From the NCBI GenBank assembly GCA_036172245.1, contig JAYWIR010000007.1:3658001-3722000 (forward strand): a DNA stretch of 64,000 nt, given 5' to 3'. The notes below the pieces were generated by a model, which was not told the origin of the DNA, did no database searches, and saw nothing but the letters and a program-made list of their open reading frames with translations. Positions 14,411 through 26,300 of the stretch are shown one piece after another; the first letter of the stretch is position 1; each line of letters opens with the position of its first letter. The DNA comes from Raillietiella orientalis. Its lineage: Eukaryota. Position numbers and translations under genes: made by a program.

Positions 14411-17356
14411 TCGCAGATCTGCCTTCCACTCTGTCGTCGCTGATGCCTAAGCAGAGATGACGGATCTAGGAGATCGATCAGGATCGCATTCTGGGGGGCC
14501 TTCCGTTCCCGAAACAATCCTCCTATCCGTATGGTCCATTGATCTCGCCTTTCCGGGTCACCGGTTTTTCTTGTGCCTCGCAAGAATCAGTCTTTTAGGG
14601 TGTTCTGTCGGCGAGATCCGGAGCAGATTCCTTCTCGACTTCAGAATCAGTGAGATCAGAATCAGTGAGAATGATGCCAAGGAGAGCCTACTTTTCCTCC
14701 TTTAGACTTCCTGGTTCCTCTTGGTAGTATCCTTGAGAGCTCTGAATTTTTGATGGACACGGAAATGGGAAGAGCACTTCCTCGTCTAAAGGGTTTCTCC
14801 TGCTGACTCTCAGGGTTACCACTTTAAAAAAAAAAGTTTCACACTTTTCCAATCATTTTTGCAGCACCCGGATGTTGACCAGGATGCAAATCGGGGTGCT
14901 GAATGCAGAGAACAGGACTTGAGCGCTGCTCCTTCCACCGAATTTTCAAGTCCCGGAAGAGCTTGCGCGAGTCCGTTGACTAAAGGAAACCACGGATGCT
15001 CGGTCTTCCGGGAGTCTGTCTCTCTACCCGAACTAAGTGAAGAACGGGAAGTGGAGCCTTGTCTTTTCAAAGGCTTCCCGACGCGGTCTTCACAAGGGAG
15101 CCGGGAGCAAGCATTTCCTTGAAAGATCGGTTCCTTCTGCACCCATGTGTTCCAGTTATCAGCTCCAGGTCTCCTGCCCCTTGGCTTCTTGAACGAATTT
15201 CTCTCTCCTTCCTGCGGATGAAGGTTCTATATACGAGGACAGATTCACTTCCGCCCTTTGAATTCCCAGCCTCTCGCTCAGTTTCCACTGTTGGACCAGG
15301 GTTGCTTGTATGAGTTTCCGCTTTGCACCGGTCTGAACGGGAAAGCAGGAGGAGGCAGGTGGTGTTCTCCTGACGACTCGGAGTTGTAGATCTGCGCTCG
15401 TTTGCTCGGAGAGCATGCTAGTCGGTACTCCAGAAAGGTGCCGGCCGGCCATGTTGGATATCGGACGTCACCACCATCTGAATGAAGGATAGCAAAGAAT
15501 TCCCCGCCCCCTTCTATGCAGTCCCTTAGCTCAGTCAATCAAATATCTGGCTGCCCGTTCACGTTCTTGGAATTTCCAACTCTTGCAGGACATAACTGTT
15601 CCGAGGGTCCCAGGATCCGAATGAACTGAGCGATGGGGGAGATGCCAGCTGGTATTGGGTTGCCGGGAGCGAAAGAGAAAGCGTGTTGTTGATCCCACGG
15701 CTTTCCTATTTTCGTTCGCGCGCTTTCCAGAAGCTGCCATTGTGTTCCCTCCGATCCGTGCGAGACTGGCAGTGACCTCTGACGTCTGTCATTAAAACGC
15801 TTTGGCGCAGAAATCTGCTCGCGAGCATTTTGCGCGCTCGGGCGATCCCTCCAATGGCGCCGCAGAATTCTTCAGTGGACATACATGCGGCATGCGTGTC
15901 GAGAAATCGAAGGTCACTCGTTGGATGGTCACCGAGACGCAATGTTCGCTCTTGCTCTTGTGAGAACCTTCAGGTGTACTTCGCAAAGTACTGCGATGCG
16001 TCTGCAACACCCGAACGCGTTTTCCAGTGTCTTCCCGATTCCTGACCCTCCGAGCTGATCTTTTGATGCATGGCCTTCCTTTCATTAATAGCGCAACCTT
16101 CGGAGAAGACGTCTGCAAACTCGCTCTCTGGGTCATAGGGCCGTCGCTACCAATGAGAGTGGTAGAAGATGGTTTCGAGCCCGACTCCAGCCCCTGCCCA
16201 AAGGGCAAGAAAGGACCTTCGTCCTTTGGGCAGCATCTTCCGATGGCTCGGCACAATCTCCGGCGCCATGCATTTGGTTGCTTAGTGTTGGAATCGAATT
16301 GTCGTATGGCAGCTCCCGAGAAGTTTCATTCGATTCCCAAGTGACATTTCACGAAGTGCTGGATGCCAACGGGGCGGATGTTGCACGCGGAAAACCAGCG
16401 TGAGACTCGGGTGCCAGACTCACTCGCAAAGTGCACGGTCCCTCCCCTGACTCACCACGAAACTCAACGCATGCACCTGCCCGATCCGCTTCGGGACGTC
16501 CAGGAGTCCTGCTTTCGAGGTGACCGGCGTGCGACGAAACGGGAGGTCTTCCCTGTAGCCTGCAGGGGACGGAAATCTCCCCGGGGAAAAGCGCCGCCAC
16601 CTCGGTGCGGAAGCCAGCTCGGTGTTCCGGGCAGCAGGAATCGCGTTCTCTAGCACCTCTCCCCCACCCCCCACCACAGTCGATGGCGGCTGCATGCTCG
16701 TTCGCGACGACTCTCCGTGTTCCTCCGACGGACCACTACGAGCTTCCCAAGGGCCATCGAGAAGCCGCTCGCGGCGGGAGCTGGATCAACCACGGAAACC
16801 GGAGTGACTCCCAAGCAGCGGAAGGACGGAACGCACCGACCAATGAAATTACGAGTCGGCACGCCGGAGGGTTCACTACGCGATGCTGCGTGAAAGACAA
16901 CCGTAGCCGGGAGAGAAGGGGGATAATATTTAGTGGATTGCCGCCATTATTCTCACGAACTCTTCCCTCCGTCGCGCGCGATCACGCTGGGCACGCGTAT
17001 CGGCAATTTGTATTCACGACCGCGGCTCAGTGGGCGCGTGACATGTCCGCGGACTTTCTTCCCAGTCCCGGGATAAAGCCCGTTCGGAGGAAACCGAGTA
17101 CAGCACCAAACTGTCTCCGTGATAGATCTCGTCTGTTATCTCGAAAATTCCGAGAACGACAGCAAGGCCTCCGCCTTGCCAGGTAATAAAATTTCCAGCT
17201 TCCAATTCGTCGTGAGAAGAGACGGGTTCCCAGGCGCCGAGCTCCTCGCGATGAAAGTGGGCGAAGCGGATGCCACAATCGGGTCCGTTGTCATGCTCTC
17301 CTTCCACGAGAGAACTCGCATCAATCTGCCCGCCGCTCCTCACGGTCCGGCGCGCT

Positions 17357-17831
17357 CGGCGCTTGCACCGTCCTCTCGGACGACGAGGCGTCTTGCGAGA
17401 GCAGCAGACCGCCGAGGCAACTCGCGCGCCCCGCGCCGCGCTCGCGACTCGAGCGCGCCAGCAGCGACACCGGCGGCGAGCGCGACATGCGCGGCCGACC
17501 GCGGCTCCCCCCTCCCCTCCTTCTTCCCTAGCTGACGGGGAGGCCGACGAGAGACCACGCCGAGTCCTCAGCCGACGGCACAGCGGGAGGCACGGAAGCG
17601 TGTCGCGCTTCCTCCTCTCGACGGCCGTCGGCGCCCACCAGGGGCCGCACCATCCGAGGGGACGCGCACGGACGGGACGAGCCTCCGGAGACTTCGCGGT
17701 CACGGTCGGCAGAGGGAAGCAACGAGTTCGCCCCTCCTTCCCGCTCTTCCCTCAGAGTCGCGTCCCATTCATCGGCAAGCGGCGGCGTTCGGGGTGTGGC
17801 GGCCGAGAGAGGCGCGCGCGCGCGGTGCTGC
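17357..17831 (+). repeat. Direct repeat copy A (~475 bp, CpG-rich)
   Basis: Matches 35277-35751 at offset 17920, with 3 substitutions seen by eye. Confidence 0.95.
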
Positions 17832-20050
17832 TGCTTTGCCGCCACCTCCTCGAGCGGGCCCGCACCACGCCCACCTGGGCTGGCTTTTCCTCGACCGGGC
17901 GCGACTGGCCAACTCGCTCGTCTCCCGCTCTCTACTACCCGGAAAACCGACGGTTTCTAGGCAGCGGCTTCACGGCGGCAATCTCTAGAGCGCCGTTCCG
18001 CGGCCGACGCTGCGCTGCCGGCGGACGAACGAACATGCTGCTCCCCCGGAGCCCCCCTCGCGGCGGAGACATCTCGCGTCCTCCGGCTCGATCGAAGCCG
18101 GCGAGGTATCCTCGAGGCACCCCTGCAGCTTCCCACGGGCGCTGTCGCGGGTGCCACCGGCAAGAGGCAGCGAAGAAGGCGCCTGAGAGACCTTTCGAAA
18201 GCTGCAGGGGCGCCTCGCTAGCGAGCACGCCGCTCCCTCCGGAAGAACTTCCCTCCAGCTTTCGCATCTCATCTTCCGCCAACGTCCCGAACTTCCTCCT
18301 CGCGCTGTGGGATAGGAGGGGACGGCTTGAGCCGCGGCGAAGGTCACCCGGAGGCGAAGATGGAACCATTAGCGTGGCGGCGGAAGCGGCTTTTCGCCCG
18401 CAGGAGAGAAGCCTCCCAGGAGAGACCGTCCGTCCTGGGATGTGAGAGAGCGGAGTCGTGACAGGCGCCACCTCGGAAGGAGATCAAAGGACCCTTCGAA
18501 GGACTCGTCGTGACCGATCTCACGATCTATCGTTTGCTGCCGCCCGCTCAAGGAGGCGATTAGCCCGTTCCGAGGTGCGCCTCCCGCGGGGCGGGAGGCC
18601 CGCTCCTTCCGAGCGCCTTCCGGGTTTCTCTGGAAAAGGCGGGAAGCAAGGTGGAAGGGTACTTCCCGGTTTCGGGCAACGTAAATCCTCCCGCTTTCCC
18701 CTCGGTCGGGACGCCCCTCCCCGCATCCTCCCCCTCGGGTGACTCGCCGGCCGAGTCGCTTTCCCCTTCCCTCCGATGCAGGTGGCGCGTTCGGAACGCC
18801 CTTCTGGAGGGCGGAAGCCCGGGAAAGGGGGATCTGGCAATTTTTTGCTTCCCAACGCCCACGCAGGGCCACGTGTTCCGTGTTCCCGCCATCCGGGATT
18901 CTCCTTGCCGAATCGCCGCCGAGGGGAGGATCCCCTTTCGGGACAGCCCTTTTTTGTCGCACCGGAGGTAGGGAACGGCGGAGAAAATCCCCGGAAGCCT
19001 CTCCGGGCGCGGCTCACGCGCTCTGGAGCCCTCCCCCGCATCTCCGCGTGTAGGCCCTCGTTGCCACGGGAAGCGCAGATCGAGAGAGGAAGGGGGGGAC
19101 ACTGCGCAGCCTTGCTACCCGGCGTCCACCCGGCAGCCCTTTTCCGGCGCGCGCCCGGATCGGGAAGGGGGTGATCCTTCCCCCCCCCCCCCCGCCTGCG
19201 TATCCGAGACAGGGTGACCCGCTCGCCGGAGGACGTCGGAAAGGAGTCGCCGTCTCGCCATCCCCTCCCTCCCCTCTTTTCCCGTGCCCCTGCGGCCCCC
19301 CCTCCCGGCTCGGTCGAAACCGGGCGGCAGGAGGTGCCGCCGGAGAGGAACCCGTTATCCCTGCCAACTGGAAAGTAGGCTGATAGGAATGTCGGATGCA
19401 TCTCCGGCATTGGCGGGGTCTCAAGAATCCTCCGGAGTGCAGCTTATTTTAGCACCACTCGCGCTGCATCGGCTCCACGCTGAGTTTTTAAATCTGCGTC
19501 CCCCGTAGATCGCACCAGTGCGGGGGTAAACATCCCTCCCTGGCACCGTTTCCCCGCGCGCTCCCGGCCCGGATGAAAGAGGGGTGTCTGTGCGGCAACT
19601 CAGCCGTTTCGGTGGCGTACGGGGGAGGGGAGTTCCTGCGTGCGTGCTCGCAAGCGCACGCGCGCGGAAAGGATGATGGGGGGGAGGTGAAGGAGTGGAA
19701 GCACGCGTGGGTGGAATTTTTTTCGGGGGGGGGGGGGAGTGACTGCTCGACTCTCCCCTCCCTCCTCCCCCCTCCCCCCTTTTCCCTGGGGAGGGAGGGA
19801 GAGACAATTCCGCCGGGGGAGGGAGGGAGGGGGAAAAAGAACAGCGCACGCGCGTCCTCTCCCTCCCCCTCCCCCCTTTTGCTCCCCCACCCTTCGCCTC
19901 CCCGGGGCGCAACTAGAAACCCGCAGGAGCGTCCGGCGGGGTGGGTGGCACGCGGCGCCCAGTAGACCGGCTTCCAGGCACGTCCCTCCTCTTTCTTGTT
20001 GTGCTTCCCCAGGTCTCCTTCCCTGAGATGCCTGCCTGACCGAGGTCACC

Positions 20051-20363
20051 ATGGGAATTTCCGACGACTTCGCTCCCAGCTTCATCCAGAAGCCCAAGCT
20101 TTACCAGGAGGACGACGGCAACAAGCTCGTCTTCGAGTGCCAGCTGTTGTCCTCCCCCAAACCCGATATCCAGTGGTTTCGCGAGGATGTGCTCCTGGAA
20201 GCGAAGGACCGGACGGCGATCCGGGTCAAGACCCTCGGGGAAAACAAGTACCGGGCGCTGCTGGAGGTGGACAACGTGACGGAGGAAGACGGCGGCCTCT
20301 ACCGCGTTGTGGCCACCAACAAGCTGGGGGAGGTGTCGTCCTCCATCACGCTGAATTTCGCAC
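20051..20363 (+). CDS. bt: projectin exon 1 (Ig1)
   Basis: ATG to SITLNFA, donor GTAAGT at 20364. A pyrimidine tract and AG at 20011-20012 suggest an upstream non-coding exon. Confidence 0.93.
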
Positions 20364-23300
20364 GTAAGTTCCTGCATGACCTCGACCCAAGGCAAGACCC
20401 CCAGTTTCCTTTCCGCCCACCCTCCCTGCCGTGCATGTGGCCGCACCGGGGCGGCGCAGAACCGCTCGTCCCGGGAACGTCCGGGAAAAGCCGTTCCTCG
20501 TCCCCCGTCTCTCCCACAGCGCAAGGAACGGGTCATCAAACGTCCGCAGCTGCTGTGACGCCGGGGGTCGGGAGGGACCCGGAAGTCTCCCCGAGGTGGA
20601 GGCCCTCAGCCGATCCCTCGATCCGGTCTGCCGTCCTCCCGTGCCTCCCCCCCACTTCCCTTCCTTGCTGCCTCTGCTCCTCCGCCTCCCTTCGGAGAGG
20701 CGTCTCCAGCCCGCCCTAACGAGCAGGTCAGCTCCTGCCAGGATCTATCTCTTTCCCCATCGGGGAAAGAGGAGATCCTGCTTTCCCCCGCTTTGAAAGC
20801 AGATCTCCCGGAGAGCGCTTGCTCTCCAGGGGGACGGCTGCGCGTCCCCCTGGAGCCCATCCCGGGTTCTCCCTCCTCTCCCCCTTCCCTCCACTTCCTT
20901 CCCTGGTGGCCCGTGTCCGTCCCGCGTCGACACGGGTCCCGTTCCCGGGGAGGGCGCGGGGAGCGGGCGGTTGTCCCAGAGGTCCTTCGCGTCGGGAGGC
21001 TCTTCGCGCAGCTCCCCTTCCTTCGGCGGCGGCGATGTATATTTAAACGGTGGGATGGTGTGGAAAGTTCCTCTTGGACGCCTGCCTGAGCCATCTGTAT
21101 GAATCAGAGATCTATATTTGTCCCTCGATTCGGAAGAGTTGCTCCAAATTTAGATCTCCCTCTGCAGCCGCACCGGAACATCGTGTGAATCGCAGCGATC
21201 CCCTCCGAGGGGCGCGGGAAGTCGGCTCGGGAACGCCTCGCTCCCTCGCCGGCTGCCACTCCCGCACGGCAACGGCGCTGCCTGCAGGGGCGGGAGACCC
21301 CCGCCCCCGGGGGACGGACAGCCGTTGCCGTCGCGTCGCGCGCACTTTGCCGGGAGGCAGGAGTTTCTTCCTCCCCCGCACCCCACCCCGGCGTCCTCCT
21401 CACCCCTTCCGCAGAAAGAAAGATAGAAAGAAAGAAAGGCACTGCTAGTCCTACCGCTATGCTCTTTGACGACCTCCTTTCTCACATCTCTCTTTGCCTT
21501 TTCAGCTGCTGACGAGCCGAGGGAACGGTGAGTCCTGTTTGCTGCTCCCAGCGTTCGCTTCCCCTCCCCCTCCCCCTGTTTTTTTTTTTTTTCCTTGGAC
21601 TTCGTCCCTGGAGGTGCACTGGTAAACCTGGGCCTTGCTTTCCCGCTGGGGCGAATGTGCCTCTGTCGCATGCGGGTGGGGATGGGTGGACCCTGCATGC
21701 GAGCTGCCCGCACCACATGGCGAAGGCTGTGGTTCGAAGACCAATTGGTCGTGACACGCAGCGACCGGGTCAGGGAAGAAGTGACAGCTCTCCTGGTGCA
21801 TTCCTCTAGGCTGTGAGTCGAAATCGCGTCCCCCCCCCCCCTCTCATACGCGTGTTGCTGGAGACGATTCAACCTTCTTCCTTGCGCGCTCGTCCTTTGC
21901 GAGCAGGGCTGCTGCCAGTGATGGTAGATTTCGCGCTCCCGACCCGAATCCTTCTTCCGATCAACTTCTTTGACAGCATCCTGGTCCCCGAAGAAAGCGA
22001 CGCGGACCCAGTCAACTCTTAATTTTCCATCTCTTCCTCACGAGTTTGTCTTAGCGCCACCAGACTCTCGGAGGCAGCGAACAGTGACAGATTGACAATA
22101 ACAAATGGAACGCGAACAGACTCCCTTTGAGATTATCGAAACCCAGATCGGCGTCCTTCTACGTCATCGATCATTCCTCTCTTGTTTGCGCGCACACCAG
22201 CGGCGGCAGAACAACTTTCATCTGAGTTCCGATTTTCTACGAGGTACACGAGAAGCGGGAGAAAAAGATTGTTTACGAAATTAGCAATCATCCGGAGACG
22301 CTCTCCTCCGGACAGAGATTGCAACATCCATTTTTCTCCCGCGCTTCCTTCCCGAAATCCCGGCACGATTGTTCGCTCTCTCCTGATGGGATTTTTGCTC
22401 GAATGCTGCGTCCCCGTTCGCATCGCAACTGATGAAACGAATCCCGAGAAAGATTCATCCCAGTGGCGGGTGCCATTCGGCGTCCCGCTGAGCGAAATTG
22501 TCATCTCTCCCCTCCTTCTCTCTTCTTACATCCCCATCTCGGTAGCAGCACATGCCGTCCGAGATCCCCCGTTCGCGTCGCAAAATGTCGCGTGCCTCCT
22601 GGATCACGACGTAACTTCGAGGAAAAGACGCAAGATGTCAGACGAATGCGGAACTCGGTGAAATTCGGATTACCGGCTTCCGTAGGTGCCCGCATTTGTC
22701 TCCAGGCACCTCCTCTCGAAGAAAGATAAGAGAACCGTTTGGAAAAATGAATGTCTCAACCTTTCTCTTCCATACATGTGTTTTGGAAGTTTTCCTTGGG
22801 GACGACAAAGCCGTCCATTCACATCTCAGCCCTCCTGAGACATTCGCAGAGCGTCCACACGTAGCACAACACACAGTGATGCTCGAGACAAGCTGCAGCA
22901 GCTTCCGAGTTCAGTCATCAGTCCGCTGGCTGGAGAGAGTAGAAAACCTGGTGGTGGACCAGAGCAGTTCCATGACGACTGATGAATAAGGCATGGAGTT
23001 TGACTTCACTTGAGACCGCCACAGCGCACTGCCCGCTGTGGTTGTCAAGGAGGATCAGCAATCTCATGAAGAGTTGCGATGGAAAAAAAGGAAAAAGCGT
23101 CCTGCGATTTGCGTGGCGTTAGCAGGAAGAGCATTCAGATTGGCACGCGCACACCTCGGTGCCGAAGAACGCCCGAGATTTGGAAGTCCACACTTGAAGG
23201 GTGCCATGTCCCTCCCCCCCTCTCCCTCCCTTCCCCCACTGAGCGAGCGCGTGGCTGCGCCAACTCCGTCCTTCGTATTCCCCGATTCATTCGTTGCTTG

Positions 23301-26300
23301 GGAAAGCAGCAGTTCGATGGACTCATTCTCTGACGTGAACCACCCGTCACAACGTGGATAGGCTGCCGATGCGCGCCGAGCACAGCACCCTCATAGTGGC
23401 AGGATGACTCCCAATCCAGGGCATTTCCTCCCTCGTCACGGACCCGTCTCCGCGTAATGAAGTCACCCGCGAGACCAAAATACCCTCCTTGAGATTCGCG
23501 TCAACACGGAGGCGCGTGGATCGCACACTCGGAGACTGCGCTCGCGTATGGCCTCGTGAACGGGCGGTTGAGAACGGATGGGAAAAAAAGAAAAGAAACC
23601 AAAAAAAATCGGTGCGGAACAAAAGATCACGCAGTCACACGCACACGTGGCGCGAAAAAAAAAAAAAAAAAAAACGGATTCCTGGATCGGATGAGGAAGA
23701 AGCCTTCCGAGGGAGCATGGCTTTTGCATCCGCATCCCTAGCCAGCCGAGTTTCCCCACCACGGAAAATTAGAAGACAACCAGGACGACGGGCCGCCACT
23801 TTTCGGGTGGCTCCTGCCAACACAACGTGTGGGGAGAGCCGTGCTCCGAGGTCGTTCTTTCGGAAGGCCATCGCCGAGAAAGGATGCTGCTGCCTCGTGG
23901 TCAGAAACAAACGGTAGCCTTCCAGGCAGTGGGACCCACGAAGTGGTGGGAACTTCGCGGACGGCGTGTTCTCCTCTGCTCCTGCATGCTCGCAGTCCGG
24001 TTCTGAAGGACGGATCTCTGGTCCCTCCCGTTCCAAATGTGTCGGACATGACCCATTCCTCACTGCTGACGAGCTTCGCCGTGTTGCCAGTTGTGGATGG
24101 AACCTCCCAGGATTTTTCTGGAGCCTGTTTGTTCCTCAAATGGAAGTGAGCAATGTCAGAGTGTATCTTCAGCCTCTTTGGCAGCTTTCCATATCCACCT
24201 TGTCAGAATAAAACCCTCGGAAGAGTCCTTTCGTAATTTCGAGCTACAGGCTGAAGTCGGAAGATTCCAGAGGACGGATCCAAGTTACGCCTTCCAGTCG
24301 GGATCTGCTCGCCGGACTCATCAACCATGCGAGCCCACCAGAGTCCCGTTTTCGCCACTCGAAGCGGTTCCTGCGACTCCTCTAATAACACGGAAGATCG
24401 CCAAAACCCTCAGTTCGTTATCCTCGAGCTCTCAGAAACTCTCAGTCCAATGGACTGAACGTGCATTTCGAGAGTTCCTGAGGATGTATTTACGTGGAGG
24501 CTGCAAGGCAACGATATCCATGCCAGAGCGGTCCTCAAATCCCTTGCAGCGCCCCTGCAACCGACCCGGTGACCCAGTTTTGACTGCATTCTGTAAAGTC
24601 GCTGTCTTTTCCTTTCCGACCCAGCTTGGGTTCCATCCTGATCAGTAGCCGCGTTACGAACAGCTCCGGCTCCGAATCTGTCGGCGCGAGGGACAGTTGC
24701 TGCTGTCGAGCGCTATCTCCATTCGTTTCGGGCAAGCGGAGTTTCTCGCCTGACGTCCGAGGACCGAAAACGAAAGTCTGCCGACAAGTTTCACGTCATC
24801 CTGATCTACCCTAACTCCGACCGAAAAGCAGAACAGTGAGGGAAAACCGAAAATCATTTCTCATGATTTGTTACAGCGTTTCTTGGATGCTGCGAAAGCG
24901 ATCCGAAAATAGCATCCCCTTCGGAAAATCATTCGAAAACATTTGAAAGCTAAGATCGCTGTTCTCGACAGTTCGTACGTCTCCCGTTCCTCCCTCCACC
25001 CTCTTCTTCCCTCGGGGTCATTTTCGTCCTGCAAGTTTGGCATAAAAAAGGAAGATCCCGTCAGTCATTGCTCCCGACAACCGGAACTCCTCCTCTTCTC
25101 CGAGGCTTGGGAAACCGGTGGATGCGAGCAACAAATTCCAGGTTGCTTATCTCCTTCCCACTGCTGTCGTTGGCTGCAGAAAAAGGATGCCCAGAGGCTT
25201 TATCTGGAGGCAGGTGGCTCGTGGGAGCAACCGGTGGCACACTCGATCCGTAGTTCGGTCAACCACTGAGACGCACCGTGCTAACTTGTCGCATTTCGCA
25301 CTCTGCGCTGCCCCTGCATGTGTTTGCGCGCACGCTCATGAGACACACTGACTGTGCCGACGTATACATTGCTGCATACGAACAGTTATGATGGCCGTAC
25401 ATTCTCATAATGTAAAATTGCACTTAGCAGCACCTCCTGGACTGACGTCATCATCACTTCAGGAAACCGAGTGCACCACACCGTGTGGCATTCGCGCTTG
25501 TCTGGGAGATGTGCCCAAGCAATGCACTTCCGTTGGTAACCTTCCGCGAAACGTGCTCTTCCTTTCCTCCATCCCTCGCACGTGTTCTTTCTTCATTTGA
25601 GCATTCGAGCTTTTCGTCATGCGAGATAACGTGGATCATCCCCGCTGTTTCCATGGTTGCTTTGCGATAATGGCGGGAAATTTCATGCAAGGCGAAATAG
25701 GCGATGCTATGTGGAATACCAAGCTATTAGAGCGGGAGACATCTGTTGGGATGGGCTCACGTCGTCCCGATGGACTGCACGACCTTCTCGCAGCTGCTTG
25801 ACAGAGGGTGTTGTGCTCAGTGAGAAGCTCTCTCTGGCCCTTACTAGCCTTCGTATGGGCAGTGTGGGACGTGCCAGGAAGAAGGGAGAATCGCGGGCTA
25901 TCAGAAAACCGAAAAGAGCTGTCCGGGTGCGGAATCGAGCAGCGACACGGACAGAGCTGCTTGCGTTGCCGTCAAAGGCTCGTGTGGAGCGCTTCCGGGT
26001 ATGAAGCCATATCTGAGAACGCCCGTTTTTCGAGGGGACATCCCAATCCTTTGCGGCTGAAGACCCCGCGCCCGCCTTGGGGAGTTCTTTGGTGCAAAAG
26101 GGAGCCCCAAGGCGCCACGCTGGTGCTAAATGAGGTTCAAGAAGAGGAGGAGAGATGTTTTCTCTTCCGGGAACCGACCCGTTAACCTTCTCGAATCCAG
26201 AAGAGACCGCCGGACCCCAGAGTGACCTGGAGACAACAGAAGCCCCTACGCTCCGATGCGTGCAATCTGAACGCATCTTCAGGAAAGGTGCGGGCATCCT

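Noticed and set aside
17270..18445. 391-aa ORF as a real gene
   Set aside because: It is Arg/Ala/Pro-rich from very high GC, overlaps the duplicated block, and shows only scattered transposase-like remnants.
18520..19410. Possible fourth, plus-strand SINE copy
   Set aside because: Only patchy similarity to the reverse complement of copy 3, with no head or tail found.
21670..21745. B-box-like GGTTCGAAGACC
   Set aside because: No convincing A box, cloverleaf or repeat body.
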